From: Zygnema circumcarinatum SAG 698-1b
Taxonomy: Eukaryota > Plantae > Zygnematophyceae
NCBI GenBank assembly: GCA_037447605.1
Contig: CM074805.1
Span: 1 to 64,000, forward strand
Length of the DNA: 64,000 nt
Direction of reading: 5' to 3'
The notes below the pieces were generated by a model that saw only the letters and a list, made by a program, of their open reading frames with translations, was not told where the DNA came from and did no database searches. Positions 24,912-36,300 of the stretch are shown here, one piece after another. Positions within the stretch are counted from its first letter, which is position 1. Every line of letters begins with the position of its first letter. The translations under genes were made by a program, and so were the position numbers.

Positions 24912-25884
24912 GGGATCACCAGCCTGTGTACAGCAGAGGAGAGAGAAAGGTAGAGCCTGTCGTTGAGGGGGTGGGCGGGAGGGGAGCCAAAGTAGAAGGG
25001 TCGTGCAGCAGATACTACAGTAACGCCAGTGCATAGCGGGTCTGAACGCATGAGAAGATAGGGTCCCCGTCCCATTCTTTGTCTGCGGCTCGACCGCTGC
25101 CTGCCTGGCGGGCTGGTTGTGCCATAGAGCTGCAGCACCTTCCCTGGCTGGAAAGTGTCTCGCGAGTTTATTGGTAACTGGGCAGAGGAGGCTGAGCTGC
25201 GGTGTGCTGCTGAGCGTGGGGCCCTCGCAGGCCAGACAGTGGCCCAGGCCACCAATTCTGCAACACAGCATTGTTTCTTTCTGTGTGTTTTTGGGCTCCG
25301 AGTATGGCACTGTCAGGGCGTTTTTTGTCTCGGTGTGTGCATGCGGTTGGTGCACGTTTACATGCCCCTGCAGGTGCTGCAGTGCCAAGGGCTACAACAG
25401 GCTGTGATCTGGGCAGGCCCCCTCCGATAATGGAGCTCTGTCGCAAGATGTTTCAGAGTAACCTTTGCTTTACTCTCATGAACATTATTTAAAAAGTTCG
25501 AGGTATCTGCAGGATACCATGTACTAAAAATGCAATTCATCGTGAAAGCTTTGCGGCGACGGTCACCGTCACAGTGAGTTGAATGCAAGGGGCAGGAGGG
25601 GATAAAGCAAAGGTGACTCGGTGGAAAAGTGAGCACACTCTTCCCAAATGTAAATAACCGAACTTTATACGAGGGAGTATGCACACAAATGCGGCCGTCT
25701 CATAAACAAATCTACAGAAGTTGATAGTCATGGCAGCCAAACTGTCACCTCAGTATTGCCAACTGAAATGATGGGGATCCGTTGAACGTGCGAAACGTAA
25801 CAACGTAAGGAGAGTGGCAAGACAATAAGCAAAAGCGACGCAAGTTTCATGATTTCGGATGATGGCTGCTTATCCGAGCCCCCC

Positions 25885-28800
25885 CTATTTGGCTCCAAGA
25901 TCCTGCTCCGCCTGCCGCCCGGGTGTACCCACAATCTGCTGCAGAGCGGCAATCAGTGCTCTGCCATCGAAAAGAGCTCCTCCATCTTCACCCTCAGACG
26001 ACTCCACCAAAACCTGCGCCGCACCGCATGCCGCATGAGTTTCGCCGCACCTATTCCCAAGGGAAGGGCGGGGAGAGGACGCTAGGGAGTAGGGGAGGAG
26101 AAACCAGCGGAAGGGGGGGAGGGGAGAAGAGAAGAGGGGAGTGAGGAGAGGGTAGAGGNNNNNNNNNNGGAGGGGGGAGGGGGAAGGGGGCCTAGGGGAA
26201 GTTAGGGGAGGGAACTGGAGCCTAGGGGAGGGGAGAGGATTGGAGCAGGCGAGGCCCCACCTGGCGCGCCACCCCGAGCTGCCGCAGGCGCTCTGAATCC
26301 ACGGGAATGCTGCTGCCCATCGGGGCCACGAGGGTCGTCACGTAAGCAGACGGCTGCCCAAGGCAAAAGCACCATTGGCCGATAGGTACATGCGATGATT
26401 ATTCTGCCCACTTGTCCTTCCTGTAACTTTGCTCATTGCTTTCTGGAAGCGACATTCAGCCTCTATTTACCCCTTTGTCGTCTCTTTTGAATCTTCCTAT
26501 CTAACAGAACAGTCCAGAGCAGATATGGCAACTCTGGTATTCGAGAAAGACAAACAGCATGTAGGAGAAGGAGCACGGGAGGGCTTGAACCTGATGGTAA
26601 AGACGCGTCTGAAGATCTTCACCATAACGCCTGTTGAGGCTGTCTGACATCGCCATAACGAAATCAGATGCCAACATTCCCTCTGTTTCTCTATCGTGCA
26701 TTCCATTCAAAAGCAAAATCTGCAAACCAAACCAATTCCCGTTCCCAACTATTTCGTTCGTTGGTGATTCAATCTGCGTGTTCGTGGCACTTCGAAATCT
26801 GGAGGGATTGGAGCGGAGCTGAGTGTCCTGAGATGCTGATAAATAAGAATAAAGAAATCGAATTCCCTTGCAGAAGGGCAACCTCCTGTTAGCAGACCCT
26901 GTGCGCCCACCCACATGCTGCCAACGGAACCCACCTTTGGGCAGCTTCGTTCTGCGATGGCCTCCCCAACTCCACGAAGGACCTGGCAAATCCGACATCT
27001 CAATACGAATGAAGCATCAGCTAGTTGTTCTTAGTAAGGTAACGGGTTGGAAAGTGCAATGAGCAGCTGTAGCAATGTTCCTTTTTACTGGGGAGCCATG
27101 ACCAACGAGGAGCAGACAACGCACCAATGATGGGCAAATTGAGGTGTATAGCGAACCCATCCCATAAATGATAGCGTCGGCTGTCTTGAGCTGCTCCACC
27201 ACGCTTGGGTTCACTTGCGGATAGACCTGCAACCACAACATTTAAGGTCCGCATCAATAGGGGATTGTAGATTGGGATACAGCCCATCTGCACCCAGGCG
27301 CTGCTGCCAGCTACACAGTCATCATGGCCTTGCCCACTTCTGTGTGCCCTGTCAACTGCCCTCCAGTGATATTTTGAAACGACAACAAATGTTAACCCCA
27401 TCTTTCAGGTATGTGGTAATTGTAGACTGCGTATATATTGTGCAACCATGAAAAGTACTTCAATGATTCAAAAGCTTACCTCATGCATAAAGCAAGTTCC
27501 TTCACTGGAGATGTAGAAGAGTCGCTTAATGGGTGATGGCAGTGGCGGAGATTCCGCCTGCAGAAACACCATTAGACAAGGTTTGCCGGGTGTTCGGATG
27601 TTTCGTAAACGTTGTAGTAATACAGGTGAAGTGTAGTATTTGCCAGAGATAGCAGGGTCCTAATAATCTCATGTATCACGTAGGTAGCAAGCACCTCTTG
27701 AACAAGGACAGGCGAGTGAAGCACAGGCTGTTCTGAGCAGAGTCAAACAATTGTACCTTGTTCACAGAGCGTGCATGATGCATCAGGCCGTCCTTCAGTG
27801 TTGGATGGGAAATCTCGTTCTGCCCGCGAATGATTGTACCATCCTGCCAATTTGCAGGCACCCCTCGACCACTTTAAAACCTCAAGCTAATGGCCTATGC
27901 TTCCCCGAGTTAAAGCCCATCCATAAAATTTTACATTTGGATGAGATGCAGGGCCATACCCGAAAGTCCTGGCCACCCAACTGCGTATCCAAAGACCCTT
28001 CAAAACTGCTAGAGCACAGCCTCAATTGGCTTCAATGCAACTTCACATTGAAGTACCTTGCACATTGCTTCACCAGCTAGCAACCTGCACTCAGCCTCCA
28101 ATGGAACCTCACTTCACATTCTACAGAAAGTTCATAAGCCCTTACACAACTAACCCCCCCTTGGAAGATTTAATCTGCAAAAAGCAACGCAAGTCCTAAC
28201 AGCGATCTACAAAACAGCTGCTGCACGGCAGCTATGCCTTTCGTTTCAAATTCACCAGAGGTAATGTCTGGAAGGTCCTATAGGTCAGCAAGAATCTTTG
28301 GTCGGTTCCCGAGCAGAGTGTCTACCTGAAGCTCAGCGCCGAGCGTGAGGCGGTCGTTGGTGCAGATGCAGGGCAGGACGAGACTCTCCGGGGGGATGTG
28401 CGACACGCGGGAGAACAGAAAAATCGCAGCATCTAAAGACCTGAAAAAGGTTCGGGCGCCCGCGAAGAAAAAGTTTCCTACGCTGCAAAATCATCAGATT
28501 CCGGGCCCTCGTGTGAACTAGAAGAAATGAGAGATAACATAAAGGCTGATTGGTCATGTTAAGGCATAAGATACACATGAGAAAGTCATGCATAAGCCAT
28601 AAACACAGCAGGTGACGACAGAAACAAATGAAGATGGAAAGATGCAGCAGGCGCAATAGTGAAGTTCAGGAAACAAAGTTCGTCCGATGAATGGAAATGG
28701 ACTCACTAATGACTTAAATTCAAACGTGTGCATCAAGGTAAGCTCTTGCTAACAACTATGAAGAACGCGTTACTGCATCATAATACTCAATGATCCAAAA

Positions 28801-31579
28801 GCTCCAGCCATAGAAACTGAAAGTTAAAGCGGTAATAACTGAGTTCATTATATCTTTTGGCAAAGTCTGTGTTCACACAGACGTATATAGCAAAACATAA
28901 CAACACAATGGAGAAAACCCTCTATACGCTCAAATTGTTCAACGTAAAGCATGAGCAAGCACATCTCCAGTCGAGCCATCACGAGTATCAGCCTTCTTCT
29001 TTCACTATCTAAGAAGACGAGATCACTATTGTGGCGTGCTTACAATAACACTACAATACATCAGTGAACCCTGAAATTTGGTGGTGAAGATTTCTGTAAT
29101 CTGCATGTGTCCTGCAAACTTTTTCCGATTTTCGGAAGGTGTTTTGTTTTCCCAGCCAAAGGAAGATCTTTGGCCAGAAAAAAGTTCAAATTTCAAGCAT
29201 GTTCTGGATGCGCGACGTTTCACTTACTGCTGTGTCTGAGCGGCACGGAATACAAAAGACACCACTCCACAGACACAATTTATGGGACGCATTCAAAACT
29301 ACCACAAGATTGCATGAAACAGTTTGCTCAGGTCCATAGACAGGAGGAAAGGAGTCTAGTGGTGGTATGAGCCATTCAAAGACCTTCGCAATGACTCGTC
29401 AAGGGAACGCAAGAGTCGGAACCAGAAAAATACTGACAAAGGAATGACTAGGAAGAAGCCAGAACCAGCAGCGACTGCTTAGTGTACCCCACACGTGGTT
29501 TCTGACTCCACACTTGCAGCTATCTTACCTCCCATTTTGGAAAGCAAACTTCTCCGACGCATGGCAAAGTATCTACACCAAGCGGCCCAAAATCACAAGC
29601 CGGAGTGAGATTTATCTCAGATGTGTTGACTAGCACAGGAAAGCTTCAGCACAGACTGAAGGACAGTCCGTAGCATGCCATCCCACAAAGGCCTCTCAAT
29701 CAACACAGCAGTTCACCTGCTACGGCACGATCCACCCAAAGTGAAAGCTGCCCTGTTCCCAACAGCAGCAGCACGGAGGAACCTCTCCAACCGTCACCTG
29801 CTCACATCCCTCTGCTGCACAGCAATGAACGAGGATGACTAGTCTTCCCTGACAGTTACCTGCTTACTGGGCCAGGAAAATCAGACGTTTCTCTCCCAGA
29901 AACGGCCATACGTCTCAAACCCGTTTTACAGTAATGGGCAACACTTAAAGTGCCCGCTGTGTCCCTCGGTTACCGGCATATATCCAGTGTTCTACAGCGA
30001 CGCAACTACAGCTGACTATTCCTGCCCAGCCGTTCCACCATCTCACACCTTTGTGCATTTTTCTGTTGCAAAACAAGGAAGAGACATAATCTTCCTTTCA
30101 GGTGTCACTGCAAATATTCGCTCCCGGCGATAAACAACCCACACTCTCTGCTTCTAAAAGCATTGCCACGCACAACAAGTATGGCATTTTTTTTACGGCG
30201 TGCATCCTCCAGCGATCTGAACAGGAATGACCTTGCAGAAGCTTCAGAGGCGAAGTCTCTTATGTACTCCATACGGACCATTCACCTGATGCTGAAAATG
30301 GACTAAAAACGCGCGAATGGTGTCCTTGTAAGGTTCTGAGACGCCCTCCCAGAGATTATGGTCGCCTTCAACTATCGACAGCCTGGCCTCCGACACACCA
30401 TCTCGCGATCAAAGAATTAGGGTTGACCAAACAACGGATTTTTATGGTCGTCAAGGAGTATACAGATTGCCTTAGGAAGGAGGACGAATATACCACTCGT
30501 ATTTCGCATCTTGAGGATCCAAAGTAAGACGATGACCTAGAAGCCGCTTCACTGCTAAAGCCTCCGCTGTGCTTTCGTCAGAAAGGCGTAAACAGCGCGA
30601 CCTAATATCGCCGATAGCAGGTCCGCCTGCAGCCCCATGACCAAAATTTTCACTCATTGACATCCCGATACCTCTAACATGATGGCGGAGCTCACAGAAA
30701 CTGCTGAATTCTCGGGCTGTGGTTGTTCATGCTACAGGATAATCCATGCGGCTTCTGTGCCTGGAACAAGTAAATTTTCTTGCATTTGCTTTCATGAAAT
30801 TGATGAAATGCAAGCTTGTCAGGGATGTACCGAGCACCCTGACAATCTCCGCTGTGCTTCCACCGTCATCAGAAACAGGCAGCACGTGAGCCACCTTTGT
30901 CGTCCAGGCCTTAAGTTCCTCTACCACCCCATTGAAAGCAGTGCCACCTGCTCCAAGAGCATATTTCCAGACATTAAAAGAGTTTCATAGGCCATGGAAT
31001 GCCGTTGGTGAGGTTGGCGCATGGGTGGGACGCGGCTCATTCTCAAAGAGCAGGGCAAAGAATTGCCCTGCTCGTTCAACTTCCCCAATTGCAAATGCTT
31101 ACAGACCAAGATGAGGTTCTCCGCATACCTGAAAACACAAGGAGAGAAGGCGACGTCCCGAATGCCGAGCAAGGGGTTGAGGCGCTGGAGAGAGGCTCAT
31201 CCTGTAACGGCATTCGACCTTGGGGGTCGCTGTTAAAAGCCGCGCTCTGCAGATGGGGATGAGAAGGACCATCCAACGTGGCATTCTGAAGAGCCGAATT
31301 CGAGCGCAGCTCCAAAGGTTCTGGTCGAGTCGCCATCAGACCAGAGGACACACGGGACGACGCAGACAGATCCTCTCGACGATGGGTGGCCATCCCTCTG
31401 GCCATAGACGCGTAGTTGACTGGAGGAGAGCGGGCTTGGGCTCCACTGTGGCGGACTAAGTGAGAGCACCTTTGAGCAAAAGCCTCGGGCGCGGCGGGCA
31501 GAGCAAACATAGAGGCCTCCAGGCGACTCCGGTTGCGGGACGGAAGGCAGAGGCGAGGGCGTGGGGGAGCATTGAGCAT
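25885..31579 (-). CDS. YvcK/UPF0052 (CofD-related) family protein, MEE18-like, with long N-terminal extension
   Basis: Exons traced: LVFSGGTAFNGVVEEL..VAHVLPVSDDGGSTAEIVRVLG; GGPAIGDIRSRCLRLSD; LWEGVSEPYKDTIRAFL; ILCHASEKFAFQNGS (29530-29573); VGNFFFAGARTFFRSLDAAIFLFSRV; DGTIIRGQNEISHP; AIIYGMGSLYTSICPSL; LLNGMHDRET; final exon ...ALFDGRALIAAL..GAK*. The start codon is uncertain. Confidence 0.9.
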
Positions 31580-31810
31580 CTCCGCTCTCACGCCCTCGGC
31601 CTCGGCCTCGCTCTCTCCTCAGTCCTAGCCCCCACCCCCGTCCCCACCCTCGCCCTGCCCTGGCCAATGCCGCTGCCCGGCCGGTTCTCCGGACCAGCCC
31701 TCCTCTCCCTCTCCCTCTCCCTCTCCCTCTCCCGCTCCCTCTCTCCGCCACTCTCCCGCCTCGTGCCCGCTGGGGCCACCGTCCGCGCCCGCGGCCCGCC
31801 GCGCCGCACC

Positions 31811-31916
31811 GTACCGTGGTGTACTGTTTCGTACCGTACGGCCACGCGAGGTACGGCGTAGTACGACAGCGGAGGGTACTGTACTGTACAGCCAATCAGC
31901 CACTGCGGGGGCGTAC
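31811..31916. promoter_or_regulatory. GTAC-dense cluster upstream of the YvcK-family gene
   Basis: 10 GTAC tetramers in ~105 bp, 230-340 bp upstream of the candidate ATG. The regulatory role is inferred. Confidence 0.55.
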
Positions 31917-32129
31917 GGACGCAGCCACGCGCGTGACGTGACGCCGACCGTCAGGGCGCCTCCGGCGTATCGTCGACGTGACGAGATGTGACGTAACGTG
32001 ACGTGGCTCGCCCGGGCTGGGAACTAAGTGCCCGCCGTCCGTCCGTCCGTCCGTCCGTCCGTCCGTCGCTCCTTCCTTCCTTCGGCGATGCCGCGGCCCA
32101 AACCTCCCGCCTGCTCCCCCGTCTGCAAG

Positions 32130-32173
<44 letters not shown>

Positions 32174-33363
32174 CCGTAACGTGCCCCATCTCATCGGCTG
32201 CTGTGTGGAGCCGTGTTGTTGAAAAAGGGGGAAGAAGCCGAGGCCAGCTCCCAGCTGGTTCTTTCGTCCCTCGGTCATTTGTGACTGGTTGGTTCCCTTG
32301 GTGCTTATGCACGTACTTTTGTTCCGTGCACATCCGGTAGCATCGTCATCGTGAGATAAATGCCAAATCCAATCATATCATTCACGTGGCAGTGCCAACC
32401 AGCCAGCTAGCCAGCCAGCCGCTGGGTGATTTTCGGTGAAGTGATGGTACGGTAGTACCGGGAATTATGTTGCATTGGTACTCGGTTCGGTGGCCGCCAC
32501 CCCTTTCTAGCAATAACCTTTGGTCCTCACCTTTTGGTCCTCCTCTTCCCCGCTGGGAAGTTTGGATTTGGTGCCGTCCCGTCCCTTAACAAGGAGATTG
32601 GACGTCGCCACAGTCGGCGCCATAGGGGGGATCTCCGGCTGGGAATGTTGGTGTTGGGAGTGGCGTCCTATTAGGAACGGTTTAGCAAGGGACAGGGAAA
32701 TAGTCAACCAGGCCAATGTTTGGTGAGTAGTTAGCCTCGCCTGCCTGCCTTGCCTTGCCTTGCCTTCCACGGCACAAGCAGGCAGGCAGGTAGGCAGGCA
32801 GGCAGGCAGGCAGGCCTGCAGAAATATAGCATAGGTCGCGGGCAGGCAAGACATGCGACGGACGGCCCGCGTCGCGACGGGGCGCAGGTGAAGCCGTCTT
32901 GCCTCACAGATCGATGCCATCCGGGGAGGGAGGGAGATACGAGTGGACAATTAGAGTAGCTGCTCATAATTGGCTGCTTTTTCTAAAACAGACAACTTTG
33001 ACTCTCGGCCTTAGCAATGAGCACGCCAGCACAAATGATCGTGTGAACAGAAATCGACTAGTCTGGCAGACATTGTTGCTATCAAACAAAACGCGAAACA
33101 CATTTTGCAACTCCTACAATCAGAGAACCTTGTCCTACAGTTTATCACCTTCAGGCCATAACCTTCAGCCATCTCCACTATATGTACAGTTGACGAAGGA
33201 GATTTCTATATGTGCGTAAAAATCGCTGTCTATCGACCTTACTCTCTACACTTCAAGCATTTATACTTCGTCTTTCAAACCGAAGATGCGCTTTAAATAA
33301 TTGCAATCACTGCATTCAAACGGCAATCCAGCCACACCCCCTACTGAAGAAGTGGCCGCCCAT

Positions 33364-36300
33364 CTACATGTAAGCAGGCCGGGGCCAAGGGCAGGACAGG
33401 GCAGGGGGTTCGAGAAGTAGGGCCTCCATCTGCAAAATGCCCTCTCCAAGTCTCAGCACTGCTCCATTCACTGCTCGCAGCAGTCACGTTGCAAATAGAA
33501 GGCAAGTTGCTCCAAGGAAGGGAAGCAGGCCCGTTCTCACCCGCGAGAGCAGCCGCTCCTGCTGGGACGCGAAGGCGCGCTCCCCGCTGATGGAGGTCTC
33601 CAGGGCCGCCATCTGCGCCTCCATCTCGCGCACCGCCTCCAGCAGGCCCGTGCCCGCCAGCGAGTACGCGGGGGGGCCCTCAGCTCCCTCCAAGGCCCCC
33701 CCCCTCACCGCGGCTGAAGGGGCTGAAGGGGCTGAAGGGGCTGAAGGGGCGGTGTCCCTCATTGGAGGCACAGCCGAAGCAACTTCCTCCAACTCCCCGA
33801 ATGCAGACGGCTGGAGAATTCGCAACAGCTGCCTGCACGGCCAGCAAGCAGTCCGCAGCCAGTATGAGGTGGTATTAGCGAAGGAGGAGGTTGTAGCTGC
33901 ATGTCGGCTGCAGTGATAAAAACAAAAGATGAGTTGAGGCAACCGACCAGAATAGGGCAGCTCCAACAACAACTGCCAAAGCACCGCCGCCGGCAGAGGT
34001 GACGGTGGCCATGGCAGACCGGCCCATCTCATAAGTCAAATGGGTGGATGAATTCAGGGCAAGATACGCCTGCATAAAGTACTTTCCCCCCTCGTCAACA
34101 GCAAGTACCTCGACGCAATTTTCTCACCAGCAGTGCACTGCAACCCCATTGTCAGCTCCAAGTAATAGCGGTCCAATAAGATCACCACCTGGCAGGCCAC
34201 GAGGAGGCAGACGGCAGTGAAGGCCGTCGTTGAGGCCCCGTCCGCCAGCCCCTCCAGGCGCAGGACGGCCTCTTGAGCCCACCCGTCCATGGCCTCCTCC
34301 CCGGCCTCCGCGCCCTGAGGCCCCCCCCCAGGGCTCGGGGCGGTCGCGGGCGAGGGCGATGCCGGCAGAGCCGGGGAGGCGGACGCGGGGCGGCGGGCGG
34401 TCTGGTCCGCGACGGAGACGAAGGCGTGGCCGAAGTGCTGGCCCGCCCCTTGGACGGTGTCCCCCGCCGCGGCGATGGCGGCTCCTGCGAGCCATAGGGC
34501 GTGCGTGGGATGGGCGAGGGCGCCGAGGGAGAATATAGGGGCTGGCGGGGAAGTTCGAGTGGGCGCCCCAGCTAGGGGGTCCTTTGCAGGTGCTCGTTTG
34601 CTGTGAACTGGCCGGCTGACTCCTTCAGGAGGAGGAGGCTGCAGAAGGGGGCTGGCCTCTGCAGGAGTCAATGAGGGCATAGACTGTGTCTTCGGAGCAG
34701 GCGAAAGCACAAAGGCACCCTTTCGGAAGAAGCGAAACCGCAGGGCAGCGGCGGCAGATGGCCGATCGTTATGAAATCCTGAAAAGTTACAAGCCCTCCC
34801 TGAGATGAGACACTGCTATGAGTGCTGTCGTCAGCCCATACAACTGGCGGGCCACCCTCACCAGAGAAAAATGCAAAACCATTTAAGGGCCCTCACCAGA
34901 GAAGGGTGCAGGAATTGCAGAGGCAGTCCGTGGTCGAAGTAGAGCCCGCGCAAGCTCCCAACCAGAGCCTCCTGCAGACACCAGCCTCCACAATGGGGTG
35001 AAAACCCGTATTTGTCACTTGGCCTAGGTGTGGGAGGATTTCATTCCACCACTATTGCCCATGGTCAGCAATAGCCCTCCCTTTACATTCGCAGGAACGG
35101 GACCTGCGCCACGTCAGTTTTGTACTGAACAGAAGTTCTGAAATTGTTTGTTTGATTGCTTGTGATTTCCAAAAAGGGTCTTGCAGAACAGCCAATAAAG
35201 TCAACAAGGAAACTCATCTGCAAACTCCTATAGACTAAGTGGAAACTGATCTGCGAACTCCTATAGACTAAGGGGCAACAATTAAAACAGCGTCAAGTAC
35301 TTCACGAATCGGACCATTGGATCAAACCATTTGAATGGTTGCAGAACATTGGTTCGGGACCCAACAAACTATTGCCAATGGTTGCGACCATTGGATTCAG
35401 TGGTTGCCAACTCAGTGGTTGACAGCCATTGTGCCAGTGGCAACCATTGAATCTGGATTCAACGGTTGCCAACCATTCCAATGATTGAGAAATATTATCG
35501 ACGGACCCATCAACCATTGCCAATGGTTGCCAACCACTGGCCGTCCAATGATTGGCCAATAGTGGCCGATCCACTTGTCCGACCTGCAAAGTACTTCACT
35601 GTCGAGCTTCGCTTCATTCCTCTGGCGGCAAGAGAAATGTTGAAAGTCCTGAAGTTGTTGGCAGTTACTTTCTTCCAGTCTTAGGGAATGCTAAAAGTCC
35701 TTAAGACGAATGACACTACGATTCTGGAAAACTAAGCCATAGTTTGAACCATGCACGAAGCCAACCAGCCATAGTCTGTGAACAAAAACCATAAGCTGCA
35801 CAATGTTGACTGTGCCTCTCAAGCAATAAATAGGTCGGTGGTCCACGTGTCCTTGAGACGCACCGTCAGCATCGAGAAGCGCGAACTCGCAGTCGGGCAG
35901 ACGGCACTTCGCGCGCCACTTGTCGAGGTCGTGGCCGCGCCGGCTCAGCTCGAGGTTGAAGGCCTCCTGCAGCAGCACCCAGGCCCCCCCCCGCGCTCAG
36001 GACCCTTCCCTTCCCTTCCCTTCCCGCCCCCCCCCCCCGGCAGCAGCAGCAGCAGCTGGCGCCGACGGGCCAGAAGCAGCAGCACACTTACAAGGCCTGT
36101 GTCGGTGCGCAGCTGCTTGATGCAGAGCTGCATGAGAACGATACCCTGCCAGGCAAACTCGCCCCTCTCTGTCAATCAGACTGCCTTCTTACCCCTGAAG
36201 CTAGCCATGCTAGTGTTACATCGTGGAGACATCACCAGAGCCATTGTTGGAAGCATCTACTGTGTAGCAGGCATGGAACTCTCATGGTGAGAAGGAGAGT

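Noticed and set aside
32734-32815. (GCCT)n/(AGGC)n inverted microsatellites forming a potential hairpin
   Set aside because: The same tetramer repeats occur at several places in the window (e.g. 32130-32175 and ~16590-16605), so adjacency is plausibly chance.
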